From an uncultured Actinomyces sp. (GTDB lineage: Bacteria; Actinomycetota; Actinomycetes; S36-B12), in contig CAZICY010000005.1 of assembly GCA_964537955.1 (NCBI GenBank), positions 1,818-65,817 of the forward strand: 64,000 nt of DNA. The letters run 5' to 3'. The stretch's first letter is position 1. Every line of letters starts with the position of its first letter. Positions 10,151-19,393 of the stretch are shown here, in pieces. The position numbers were made by a program, and so were the translations under genes. The notes under the pieces are model-generated. The model made no database searches. It saw nothing but the letters and a program-made list of their open reading frames with translations, and had not been told where the DNA came from.

Positions 10151-11401
10151 GTGAGTCAGCGCTCGTCGAGGCTCACTGTCCTCGACCAGTTGAAGGGCTC
10201 GCCCCGATTCGCGCTGCTCATGCTGATCAGTCTTCCGACGGCGATTGCCCTCGGCGCCAAGGAGATTGCCCGGCTCGAATACGTCACAGAGGTCTTCGGA
10301 AATGCTGGCGGCATCGGCACGGTGGGGGTTGTTGTCGCCGTATCGGTGGCCCTGGGAGGCGTCACCTCAGGACCGCTCTGCGACCGCATCAATCCGCGTG
10401 GCGTGCTCATCATCTCCATGGTGGGCGTTGCGACCTCCAACGTCCTCTCGTCCGCGTTGATCCTTCGCGGGGATCTCACGGTGCCGATCGTGATCCTCCT
10501 TGCGGCGATCGACGGTGGTGCCCTAGGCATCGGGGCGCCCGCGCTCCTGAAGATCCAGGCTGCGTTGGTCCCCTCGGATGCTCGCGGTTCGGCCGAGATC
10601 GTCAACATCTTCCGGTTGAGCCTCGGTGCCGTCGTCGGACTGGTCCTGGCCAGTCTCAGCCCATCTCCCGCCGACACCCTCCTGGTGGGCGGGGCAGTGA
10701 CCTTCGCCGTCGCTGCGGGCATCGCATGGGTGACCTCTGGAATGTCGGCACCTCGGGTGAGCCTCGCTTCGGCCAGCCATGCGGGGTTGTGGTCCACGCT
10801 GGTCGCGTTTCCTTCCCTGCGCTACGTGGTGATCGCCGACCTCGTGCTCACCTTCGCCATTCCGAGTCAGCTCTCCAATCTCCTCCTGGCCGAGGAGGGC
10901 GATGTCTTCCTCATCCTGCCGGTGCTCCTGGCCGGCGTCCTCGGCGTCTTGGTCGGGCGATTGACCCTCATCGCCACGGGATCGACCGGCAACGTGCGCA
11001 GGCAACTGCTCATCGCCTTCGGTGTCTTCATCGGCGTTGCGGGCCTTGCCGTTCCCTTGACCGTGTGGGGCTTCGTCTTGGACTCCGGACTCATTTCCGC
11101 AGGCTTCATCCTCGCCGGAAGTGCGTCGTCTTCCTACGTGCTGGGACTCCTCGCGGCGCTGGTGCAGCAGAAGGTGCCCGATGATGTGCGTGGCGCCCTT
11201 TCAGGATTCATGGCGGCCGCCCGCAGTCTGCTGATCGCTGGCGCAGCCGCGCTCATCACCGCCGTCATCGTGCCGCTGAGCAGCGCGGCGGTCCTCATCA
11301 CGGTCTTTGCACTGGCCGTCGTCGCGCTCGCCGTGGTGCGAGGTTTCGCGGGCGTGACGGCCGAAGACGCTGCACCGTCCAGGCCAGAGTCGGCACGCTG
11401 A
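10151..11401 (+). CDS. MFS transporter
   Basis: About 12 hydrophobic segments; GPLCDRINPR (motif A-like); LVPSDARG and QQKVPDDVRG repeats. Confidence 0.8.
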   Translation: MSQRSSRLTVLDQLKGSPRFALLMLISLPTAIALGAKEIARLEYVTEVFGNAGGIGTVGVVVAVSVALGGVTSGPLCDRINPRGVLIISMVGVATSNVLSSALILRGDLTVPIVILLAAIDGGALGIGAPALLKIQAALVPSDARGSAEIVNIFRLSLGAVVGLVLASLSPSPADTLLVGGAVTFAVAAGIAWVTSGMSAPRVSLASASHAGLWSTLVAFPSLRYVVIADLVLTFAIPSQLSNLLLAEEGDVFLILPVLLAGVLGVLVGRLTLIATGSTGNVRRQLLIAFGVFIGVAGLAVPLTVWGFVLDSGLISAGFILAGSASSSYVLGLLAALVQQKVPDDVRGALSGFMAAARSLLIAGAAALITAVIVPLSSAAVLITVFALAVVALAVVRGFAGVTAEDAAPSRPESAR

Positions 11402-11457
11402 GCGTCGGCGGCGGCCCGCTTCCACGGCGAGCCGGGCCGCGCGAGGCGCCACTCAAC

Positions 11458-11495
11458 GAACTGTGGGCCGGTCCCTGAGGACCGGCCCACAGTTC
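11458..11495. terminator. Strong hairpin between convergent genes (probable terminator)
   Basis: GAACTGTGGGCCGGTCC-ctga-GGACCGGCCCACAGTTC, perfect 17-bp stem. Confidence 0.75.
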
Positions 11496-11505
11496 AGAAG
11501 GGGTG

Positions 11506-12363
11506 CTAGACGCCCGCGGCGGTCGCCACGGCGCGCTTGGTGAGCACCTTCGCGAGGTGCTCGCGGAACTCCGCCGACGCGTGCAGGTCACTCGTCGGGC
11601 GCGTGCCATCGGCCGCATTCGCCGCGGCGGCGGCGATGGCGTCGGTGGTCGCCGCGGCTCCGGCAAGGGCGGCCTCCACGCTGCTGGCACGCACGGGGGA
11701 GGGCCCCATGTTCGTCAGCGCGACGCGAGCCTCGGCGATGGTGCCGTTCTGCCGCTTCACGGCGGCGGCGACACCGACCGTGGCCCACGCCTGGGCCGTG
11801 CGGTTGAACTTCTCGTAGTGGGTGCTCCAGCCGTCGCCGAGCTTGGGCACCTTGACGGCGACGAGGATCTCCTCGGGCTCCAGGGCACTGGTGAAGTAGT
11901 CGACGAAGAAGTCCTTCGCCGCGATCTCACGGGTGCCCTTCGGGCCCTTGGCGACCATGGTCGCGTCGAGTGCGAGCGCCACGGTCGGCAGGTCGCCGGC
12001 CGGATCGGCGTGCGCCAGCGATCCGCCGAAGGTGCCGCGATGGCGGATCGCCGGGTCGGCGACAGTGGCCGCCGCCTGGGCGAGCAGCGGGGCATGCTGC
12101 TTGACCATGGCGTCGTTCATCACCTCGTAGTGGGTCGTGTTGGCTCCGACGACGATGTGGTCGCCACCATCGCTCACGCCCTTCATCTCGGCGATGGAGC
12201 CGATGTCCACCAGTGTCGTCGGCGCGGCCATGCGCAGGCGCAGCACCGGCATGAGCGACTGCCCGCCGGAGATCACCTTGCCGTCCTCGCCAGCCGCTGC
12301 GAGGGCCGAGATGGCGTCGTCGACCGTGGTGGGCCTGACGTAGTCGAATGCGATGGGGATCAC
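11506..12363 (-). CDS. coxM: Molybdenum hydroxylase FAD subunit (CoxM-like)
   Basis: VIPIAFDYVRP, GGQSLMPVLRLR, IRHRGTFGGSLAHADPAGD; GTG start overlaps coxL stop. Confidence 0.88.
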   Translation of the reverse strand: MIPIAFDYVRPTTVDDAISALAAAGEDGKVISGGQSLMPVLRLRMAAPTTLVDIGSIAEMKGVSDGGDHIVVGANTTHYEVMNDAMVKQHAPLLAQAAATVADPAIRHRGTFGGSLAHADPAGDLPTVALALDATMVAKGPKGTREIAAKDFFVDYFTSALEPEEILVAVKVPKLGDGWSTHYEKFNRTAQAWATVGVAAAVKRQNGTIAEARVALTNMGPSPVRASSVEAALAGAAATTDAIAAAAANAADGTRPTSDLHASAEFREHLAKVLTKRAVATAAGV

Positions 12364-14768
12364 TGGGCACCTCCCTGTGCGGTCTGGATAGCCCGCCAGA
12401 CGTTCTCCGGCGTGGCCGGCATCTTGACGTCGGTGACACCCATCGGGCGGAGGGCATCGACGATGGCGTTGATGATCGCCGGAGGAGATGCGATGGCACC
12501 TGCCTCGCCTACGCCCTTGGTGCCCAGCGGGTTGGTCGACGACGGGGTCACCGTGCGGTCGGTCGTGAAGCTCGGCAGGTCTGCCGCGCTCGGGATGAGG
12601 TAGTCGGCAAAGCTCGCGGTGAGCAGGTTGCCGTCGGAGTCGTACTCCACGCCCTCGTAGAGCGCCTGACCGATGCCGCACGCGAGTCCGCCGTGCACCT
12701 GGCCCTCGACGATGAGCGGATTGACCTGGATGCCGACATCGTCGACCGCGACGTAGCTGCGGATCTTCGACTTGCCGGTCTCCGTGTCGACCTCGATCGC
12801 GCACAGGTGAGTCCCATGCGGGTAGGAGAAGTCATCCGGGTCCACCGTGGCCTCCGCCTGCAGGGTCGGCTCGACGCCGTCCGGCAGGTTGTGCGCGGAG
12901 AAGGCCTCGAACGCCACCGCCGCGAGCGGCTGCGACTTGGCCGGATCGCCCTTGACGCGGAAGGCGCCCTGGATGAACTCCAGGTCGTCCACCGAGCACT
13001 CGAGCTGATGCGCTGCGATGACCTTCGCCTTCTCCACCAGGCGCTCGGCCGCCTTCTTGATGGCCTGGCCGCCGACGGCCAGCGAGCGCGAGCCGTAGGT
13101 GTCCATGCCGTAGGGCGCGCGGCCGGTGTCGCCGTGGACCACCTCGATGTCATCGACGGGGACGCCGAGGATGCTCGAGGCGATCTGGCTCCAGGCGGTC
13201 TCGTGACCCTGGCCATGGGGCGAGGTGCCGGTGATGAGCTCGATCTTGCCCGTGGGCAGGGCGCGAATCGTGCAGTGCTCCCAGCCGCCTGCGACGTACT
13301 TCAGGGCGCCCAGGGTGCGCGAGGGGGCCAGGCCGCACATCTCGGTGAAGGTCGAGATACCGATGCCCAGCTGCACGGGATCGCCCGAGGCTCGGCGCTG
13401 CTCCTGCTCGGCGCGCAGGGCGTCGTAGCCGAAGAGCTCCATGGCCTTCGCCGTGGCGGCCTCGTAGTTGCCGGTGTCGTAGGTGAGCCCGGCGACAGTG
13501 GCGTAGGGGAACTCCTCGTGCGTGATCCAGTTCATCTCGCGGAGTTTCATCGGATCCATGTCCAGCTCGGCGGCGAGCTCGTCGATGATGCGCTCGATGG
13601 CGTACGTCGCCTCCGGTCGTCCGGCACCGCGGATGGCGTCGGTCGGCGTCGTGTTGGTGAAGACTCCCGTGCAGTCGAACTCGTACGTCGGCATCTTGTA
13701 GATCGCCGGGTACATGAACATGCCGAGGAGCGGGATGCCCGGAGTGATGATCTGAAGGTAGGCGCCCATGTTGGCGATGAGCTCGACCTTCATGCCCAGG
13801 AGCTTGCCGTCCTTGGTGGCGGCAATGGTGATGTCCTGGATCTGGTCACGGCCATGGTGCGAGGCGACCATGTCCTCGCTGCGCGTCTCGGTCCACTTGA
13901 CCGGACGGCCGAGATGGCGGGCGATCTGCACTGCGAGGACCTCCTCGCGGTAGAGCTGCAGCTTTCCGCCGAACCCGCCACCGACGTCGGGGGCGATCAC
14001 GCGGAGGGAGTTCTCCGGCAGGCCCGTGACGAGCGCGAGCAGCACGCGCAGGATGTGCGGGATCTGCGTGGCTGACCAGATGGTCATCTCGTTGCTCATG
14101 CCCATCGGCGAGGCGACCACGGCGCGAGGCTCCATGTAGCCGGCGATGATGCGCTGGTTGATGAAGCGCCGCTTGACGACGACGGCATCGTCGCCGGCCG
14201 CCTTGACAGCCGCGTCGAAGGCACCGTCGCCCTGAGGATGGAGCGGGAACGTGTAGCAGACGTTGGTGCCGTGGCTGCCGTCCGCAGCGTCATGAACCGC
14301 AGTCGAACCCTGCTTGAGTGCCGCCTCCATGTCGATGACGGCGGGCAGCGGCTCGTAGTCGACCTCGATCGCATCGAGTGCGTCGGCAGCGGCGTACTTG
14401 TCGGTCGCGAGCACGACTGCGACGCAGTCACCGACGTGGCGGACCTTGTCGACTGCCAGTGCAGGGAAGGCCGGCATCTGGATGTCGTCGGTCACCGGCC
14501 ACACGCAGGGGATCGAACCGTTGAGGTCGCCGAGGTCCTTGGCCGTGAAGGCCGCGACGACGTGGGGCCGCTTGAGCGCCGGGGTGACGTCGAGGTTGGT
14601 GATCTTGGCGTGGGCCATGGGGCTACGCAGGATCGCCATGTGCAGCGTGCCGGGCAGCTGGATGTTGTCGGTCCAGTTGGTCTGGCCGTGGAGCAGGCGC
14701 GCATCCTCCTTGCGGCGCAGCGGCCGGCCCATCGCATTGGCGTTGGTGTCGGGCAGTGTGTCGGTCAC
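12360..14768 (-). CDS. coxL: Molybdenum hydroxylase large subunit (form II CoxL-like / xanthine dehydrogenase family)
   Basis: RKED, PDVGGGFGGK, active-site loop AIRGAGRPEA, HGQGHET, GTYGSRS-like DTYGSRS, GQVHGG, KGVGEAG. Confidence 0.85.
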   Translation of the reverse strand: MTDTLPDTNANAMGRPLRRKEDARLLHGQTNWTDNIQLPGTLHMAILRSPMAHAKITNLDVTPALKRPHVVAAFTAKDLGDLNGSIPCVWPVTDDIQMPAFPALAVDKVRHVGDCVAVVLATDKYAAADALDAIEVDYEPLPAVIDMEAALKQGSTAVHDAADGSHGTNVCYTFPLHPQGDGAFDAAVKAAGDDAVVVKRRFINQRIIAGYMEPRAVVASPMGMSNEMTIWSATQIPHILRVLLALVTGLPENSLRVIAPDVGGGFGGKLQLYREEVLAVQIARHLGRPVKWTETRSEDMVASHHGRDQIQDITIAATKDGKLLGMKVELIANMGAYLQIITPGIPLLGMFMYPAIYKMPTYEFDCTGVFTNTTPTDAIRGAGRPEATYAIERIIDELAAELDMDPMKLREMNWITHEEFPYATVAGLTYDTGNYEAATAKAMELFGYDALRAEQEQRRASGDPVQLGIGISTFTEMCGLAPSRTLGALKYVAGGWEHCTIRALPTGKIELITGTSPHGQGHETAWSQIASSILGVPVDDIEVVHGDTGRAPYGMDTYGSRSLAVGGQAIKKAAERLVEKAKVIAAHQLECSVDDLEFIQGAFRVKGDPAKSQPLAAVAFEAFSAHNLPDGVEPTLQAEATVDPDDFSYPHGTHLCAIEVDTETGKSKIRSYVAVDDVGIQVNPLIVEGQVHGGLACGIGQALYEGVEYDSDGNLLTASFADYLIPSAADLPSFTTDRTVTPSSTNPLGTKGVGEAGAIASPPAIINAIVDALRPMGVTDVKMPATPENVWRAIQTAQGGAQ

Positions 14769-15247
14769 TTGGTGCCCCCCATGAGCTCAGCGGCGTACTC
14801 CACCGACTTGACGATGTTGTGGTAGCCCGTGCAGCGGCACAGGTTGCCCTCGAGTCCCTCGCGGATCTCCTCCTCGGAGGGGTTCGGGTTCTCCTGGAGC
14901 AGATCCACCGCCGCCATGACCATGCCGGGCGTGCAGTAGCCGCACTGCAGGCCGTGGCACTCCTTGAAGGCGGTCTGGACGGGATGCCACTTGTGCTCGC
15001 CTTCGGCGAGGCCCTGGACAGTGAGGACCTCGTGGCCATCGGCCTGGACGGCGAGCACGCTGCAGGACTTGACGCTCTTGCCGTCGAGCAGGACGGTGCA
15101 GGCGCCGCAATTGGAGGTGTCGCAGCCGATGACGGTGCCGACGCGGCCGACGTCCTCGCGAAGGAAGTGGACGAGCAGTCGTCGAGGCTCGACCTCGACG
15201 TCGTAGACCGTGCCATCCACGGTCACGCTGATGGGGATGTGGGTCAT
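14765..15247 (-). CDS. coxS: Molybdenum hydroxylase 2Fe-2S subunit (CoxS-like)
   Basis: [28 protein letters not shown]. Confidence 0.9.
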   Translation of the reverse strand: MTHIPISVTVDGTVYDVEVEPRRLLVHFLREDVGRVGTVIGCDTSNCGACTVLLDGKSVKSCSVLAVQADGHEVLTVQGLAEGEHKWHPVQTAFKECHGLQCGYCTPGMVMAAVDLLQENPNPSEEEIREGLEGNLCRCTGYHNIVKSVEYAAELMGGTK

Positions 15248-15437
15248 GATTCTCCCGGGTGAGCTCATGGGGCGATCCGAGGCACGCCACCCGCCCCGTC
15301 GGACGGGCAAGTCCGACGCTAGGCGCTAGGGCGACCCCGCGTGGCGGTTTCGCTGCGAATCCTTCCCCTGGGCCCAGGGCCGGGCTACGGTCGGCTCCGA
15401 GGCCGCCGAGAGTCGGCGCCCGAATCTCGGAGGACGC

Positions 15438-15809
15438 ATGTCGACGGTTCCGCCGCCCCCACCCCCGCCCCCGCCGCCGCCCCCCGGCCCTCCGGCCCCG
15501 CCGCCTCCGCCCGTCAGCCCGCAGCCCGGTGGCAGCGACGTCCCTCAGAACGGCATGGGCATCGCGGGGCTCGTGCTGGCGATCCTGGGCCTGGTCGGCT
15601 GCATTCCCTTCATCGGCAGCATCCTGGGAATCGTCTTCGGATGGATCGGCATGAAGAACGCCGCAGAGGGCCGCGCCAACAATGGGGGCGTAGCCAAGGC
15701 CGGCTTCATCATCGGCATCGTCTCGCTCATCCTGTGGACGGTCATCACGATCATCTATGTCGTGTTCATCGCCGCCATGGTTGCCAATGACCCCAAGATG
15801 ATGAACTAG
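15438..15809 (+). CDS. DUF4190-like membrane protein with Pro-rich N-terminus
   Basis: [40 protein letters not shown] two-helix pattern. Confidence 0.75.
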   Translation: MSTVPPPPPPPPPPPPGPPAPPPPPVSPQPGGSDVPQNGMGIAGLVLAILGLVGCIPFIGSILGIVFGWIGMKNAAEGRANNGGVAKAGFIIGIVSLILWTVITIIYVVFIAAMVANDPKMMN

Positions 15810-15850
15810 CCGGGGCGAGCACATCGGACGTGCCGCACGCGAGTGCGCAT

Positions 15851-15884
15851 GTGTGGGCGAGGACCGTACGGTCCTCGCCCACAC
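15851..15884. terminator. Perfect 34-bp palindrome, probable U-less terminator
   Basis: GTGTGGGCGAGGACCGT|ACGGTCCTCGCCCACAC. Confidence 0.6.
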
Positions 15885-15921
15885 GCATGTAGGGCACAGC
15901 ATGCGTCGCTAGGCTGCGCAC

Positions 15922-16299
15922 ATGGACGATGCATCGGACCCCGCCTCGGAGTCGGATGGTCCCAGCGAGTCCGTCGGTCCACCGGAGTCCGTCAGCGACG
16001 CGTCCGCTGCTGCCGCGGCTTCGCTACCTCCCGACTCGTCCGTCCTGCCTCGACCGAGCAACCTGGCCGTGTGGGCCTTCGTCCTGGCCCTCCTCGGGTC
16101 GGTCCCCCTGTTACCCATCATCGGCAGCGTGCTGGGCTTCGTGCTCGGGCGGGTGGCGATCCGGCAGGCCGACTCCCGCCGCGTGCGCGGGGGCCGCGGC
16201 CTCGCTATCGCCGCCGTGACCATCTCCGTCGTCACCCTCGTGGTCATCGCGCTCGCGGTCGCGGCGTACGCCCTCGCGGTCGCCTACCTCGACATCTGA
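15922..16299 (+). CDS. DUF4190-like membrane protein
   Basis: [40 protein letters not shown] -10 6 nt before ATG. Confidence 0.75.
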   Translation: MDDASDPASESDGPSESVGPPESVSDASAAAAASLPPDSSVLPRPSNLAVWAFVLALLGSVPLLPIIGSVLGFVLGRVAIRQADSRRVRGGRGLAIAAVTISVVTLVVIALAVAAYALAVAYLDI

Positions 16300-16312
16300 C
16301 TACGCTCCAGCC

Positions 16313-17887
16313 ATGGCTGCGCCTGCAACCCGACCCGTCCTCGTCGTCGACTTCGGGGCGCAGTACGCCCAGCTCATCGCCCGACGGGTCCGGGAGGCGC
16401 ACGTCTACTCCGAGATCGTGCCGCACACCATGAGCGTGGCCGACATGCTCGCCAAGCAGCCCGCGGCGATCGTGCTCTCGGGCGGCCCGAGCAGTGTCTA
16501 CGCCGAGGGTGCCCCGTCGGTCGACGCTGCGCTCTTCGACTCAGGCGTGCCCGTCTTCGGCATCTGCTACGGCTTCCAGGCCATGGCGCAGGCACTGGGG
16601 GGCACGGTGGAGCGCACCGGCCTCAGCGAGTTCGGCGGCACCCCGCTCGAGGTGACGCAGACGTCATCCGCGCTCTTCGCCGGCCTGCCGGACCGCCAGT
16701 CTGTGTGGATGTCGCATGGCGACAGCGTCACGGCGGCCCCCGAGGGATTTGCCGTCACAGCCACGAGCGCGGGAGCACCTGTCGCCGCCATGGAGGCGGT
16801 CGATCGACGACTGGCCGGGGTGCAGTTCCACCCCGAGGTCATGCACAGCGAGCACGGTCAGCGCGTCCTCGAGAGATTCCTTCACGGCATCGCCGGCCTG
16901 GAGCCGACCTGGACCACCGAGGGCGTCATCGACGACCAGGTCGAGCGCATCCGCGAGCAGGTGGGCGACGGGCTGGTGGTCTGCGGACTGTCCGGCGGGG
17001 TCGACTCCGCGGTTGCGGCGGCGCTTGTGCAGCGCGCCGTCGGGGATCAGCTCACCTGCGTCTTCGTGGACCATGGCCTGCTTCGGGCGGGCGAGGCCGA
17101 GCAGGTGGAGCGCGACTTCGTCGCCGCGACAGGCGTGCGCCTGGTCGTCGTGGACGCCCAGCAGCGCTTCCTGGATGCGCTCGCCGGCGTCACGGACCCG
17201 GAGCAGAAGCGCAAGATCATCGGACGCGAGTTCATCCGGGTGTTCGAGGACGCCGCGCGCGACGTCGTCGCCGAGGCGGGTGAGTCCGGTCGGACGGTCG
17301 ACTTCCTCGTGCAGGGCACGCTCTACCCCGACGTGGTGGAGTCGGGCGGGGGCACGGGCACGGCCAACATCAAGAGCCACCACAACGTCGGGGGATTGCC
17401 CGACGACCTTGCCTTCACTCTCGTGGAGCCCCTGCGCACCCTCTTCAAGGACGAGGTGCGCCAGGTGGGCCTGGAACTCGGCCTACCGCCGGAGATCGTC
17501 TGGCGCCACCCCTTCCCCGGGCCGGGACTTGCGATCCGGATCGTCGGAGCCGTGGACGCAGAGCGGCTGGAGATCCTGCGCGCCGCGGACGCGATCGCCC
17601 GAGCCGAGCTCACGGCGGCCGGACTCGACCGCGACGTGTGGCAGTTCCCCGTGGTGCTCCTCGCCGACGTCCGGTCGGTGGGCGTGCAGGGGGACGGCCG
17701 CACCTACGGCCACCCCATCGTCCTGCGGCCGGTCTCCAGCGAGGACGCCATGACGGCGGACTGGTCGCGCCTGCCGCACGACCTCATCGCCCGGATCTCG
17801 ACGCGGATCACCAACGAGGTGCGCGAGGTCAATCGGGTGGTGTTGGACGTGACGAGCAAGCCACCCGGCACCATCGAGTGGGAGTAG
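16313..17887 (+). CDS. guaA: GMP synthase (glutamine-hydrolysing)
   Basis: [41 protein letters not shown]. Confidence 0.98.
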   Translation: MAAPATRPVLVVDFGAQYAQLIARRVREAHVYSEIVPHTMSVADMLAKQPAAIVLSGGPSSVYAEGAPSVDAALFDSGVPVFGICYGFQAMAQALGGTVERTGLSEFGGTPLEVTQTSSALFAGLPDRQSVWMSHGDSVTAAPEGFAVTATSAGAPVAAMEAVDRRLAGVQFHPEVMHSEHGQRVLERFLHGIAGLEPTWTTEGVIDDQVERIREQVGDGLVVCGLSGGVDSAVAAALVQRAVGDQLTCVFVDHGLLRAGEAEQVERDFVAATGVRLVVVDAQQRFLDALAGVTDPEQKRKIIGREFIRVFEDAARDVVAEAGESGRTVDFLVQGTLYPDVVESGGGTGTANIKSHHNVGGLPDDLAFTLVEPLRTLFKDEVRQVGLELGLPPEIVWRHPFPGPGLAIRIVGAVDAERLEILRAADAIARAELTAAGLDRDVWQFPVVLLADVRSVGVQGDGRTYGHPIVLRPVSSEDAMTADWSRLPHDLIARISTRITNEVREVNRVVLDVTSKPPGTIEWE

Positions 17888-17942
17888 CCGGGCGGAGCCC
17901 GGCTCGTCCCACTCTCGGCCGGTATCGAGTGGGAATAGCCGG
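17873..17942. repeat. Triplicated guaA 3'-end motif (two direct copies, one inverted)
   Basis: ATCGAGTGGGAGTAGCCGG 17873-17891; inverted CCGGCTCGTCCCACTC 17899-17914; ATCGAGTGGGAATAGCCGG 17924-17942. Confidence 0.85.
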
Positions 17943-17962
17943 CTCTCGGCTAGGGTGAAGAC

Positions 17963-18316
17963 GTGGAATTCGTCTACAACCTCCTCGTCGTCCTGCACTT
18001 CATCGGCCTCGCCAGCCTCCTGGGCGGCTTCCTCGTCCAGATGAAGTCCCCGGACAAGGGCGTGAATCCCGCGATGCTGCACGGCGCGCTCACCCAGCTC
18101 GTCACGGGCGTGGCCCTGGTGGGCATTGCCTCCGCCGGGCTGGTCCCCGGCGAGGAAGTGGACCACGCCAAGATCGCGGTGAAGCTGGTGATCGTCCTCG
18201 TCATCACCGCCCTGGCCTTCGTCGGCCGCAAGCGCACACCGCCGCAGGTGGGCCTGTGGGGTGCCATCGGCGCCCTCACGCTCGTCAACGTGGTGATCGC
18301 GGTCTTCTGGAACTGA
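17963..18316 (+). CDS. Small four-helix integral membrane protein
   Basis: Four hydrophobic helices with LHFIG, MLHGA..QLVTG, HAKIAVKL; TAGGGT -10 6 nt upstream. Confidence 0.8.
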   Translation: MEFVYNLLVVLHFIGLASLLGGFLVQMKSPDKGVNPAMLHGALTQLVTGVALVGIASAGLVPGEEVDHAKIAVKLVIVLVITALAFVGRKRTPPQVGLWGAIGALTLVNVVIAVFWN

Positions 18317-18452
18317 GCCAGAGGGAACGCGAGATTCGAGCCCACAAGGTCGCTTTTCGGCGTTCTCGGCTCGAGTGTCGCCGGGTTAAGCGTAAGTGCG
18401 GGCTTGCACGCGCGTCGCGTCGATGATGAGCCGCACCATCACCGCAGACCCC

Positions 18453-19181
18453 CTATGGGATCGTCACGCGCATGAAGGCTTCGGCCAGGCGCCCCTCGGG
18501 TAGGCCGCCGTGCTGAGCCGCCATGGTCATCCATCCGTGGATGCGCTCCTCCAGGTCGTCTATGTGCGCGGTCTGGCTTTCGTGTGCACGCAATGCAGCG
18601 ATCTTGAGGTCGACCCGGTCGGTGACATCGACGACATGGTTGGGCTCGGGTGCTCCCATCACCCAGACATCGTGCACCGTCCAGGCGTCGAGGCCCTCGT
18701 CGGCGAGAAGCGCGGGGTGTGCGAACGGATTGCGCGCGTCGGGATAGATCGCGAAGATCGCGGCCTCGCCGGCGGCCATGTGGTCGGGGTGGGAGGCCGG
18801 GATGCGCGCCCAGTTGCGCTCGGGCGACTGGATGAGCATGCGCTCGGGCCGAACCTGGCGGATGACCCGGCTGATGTCACGGCGCAGGCCCTGCGACACC
18901 TCGAGCTCGCCGTCGCGGTAGCCCAGGAAGCGCACATCCTCCACTCCCAGGACCCGACCGGCGGCGACCTGCTCCTCCCGCCTAATCCGGGGGATCTGCG
19001 AGCGGGGGACGTCCGGGTCGAAGCCACCCGCGTCGCCGTCCGTGACGACGCAGTAGGTGACCTGGGTCCCCTGGGCGACCCATGAGGCGACCGTGCCGCC
19101 CGCGCCGAAATCGACGTCGTCCGGATGCGCGGTGACCACCAGGGCCCGGGCGGGGGTCTCCTCGCTTGCGGCGGCGTTCAT
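18453..19181 (-). CDS. PIG-L/LmbE family deacetylase
   Basis: AHPDD, TDGDAG, RREEQ, HPDH, LRAHESQ. Confidence 0.9.
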   Translation of the reverse strand: MNAAASEETPARALVVTAHPDDVDFGAGGTVASWVAQGTQVTYCVVTDGDAGGFDPDVPRSQIPRIRREEQVAAGRVLGVEDVRFLGYRDGELEVSQGLRRDISRVIRQVRPERMLIQSPERNWARIPASHPDHMAAGEAAIFAIYPDARNPFAHPALLADEGLDAWTVHDVWVMGAPEPNHVVDVTDRVDLKIAALRAHESQTAHIDDLEERIHGWMTMAAQHGGLPEGRLAEAFMRVTIP

Positions 19182-19393
19182 CGGTCCTCGATTCGTTCTG
19201 GATTGGGGTGCTGACGTGGGGAAACGCTATGCTCCTGGCCCGTCCAGAGGCCGGGCCGATGGTGAAGATCTGGAGACTTTCCGGGGAAACGCGCGTGACG
19301 AACGGGGCTCCCGAGCCGCCAGGGGCTACCTTGGACGGCGTGCGTGCCCATGGCGGTCCCTCGGGGCCAGATCCTAGGGGTCCGGTCACCCGC

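Noticed and set aside
12360..14768. Bona fide aerobic CO dehydrogenase (form I)
   Set aside because: Lacks AYxCSFR, gene order is S-L-M, and no accessory cox genes are adjacent
15447..15515. C-rich low-complexity tract
   Set aside because: Simply encodes the poly-proline N-terminus of the membrane protein
18329..18345. tRNA T-arm-like sequence on the minus strand (GGGCTCGAATCTC)
   Set aside because: No cloverleaf, anticodon arm or acceptor stem can be built
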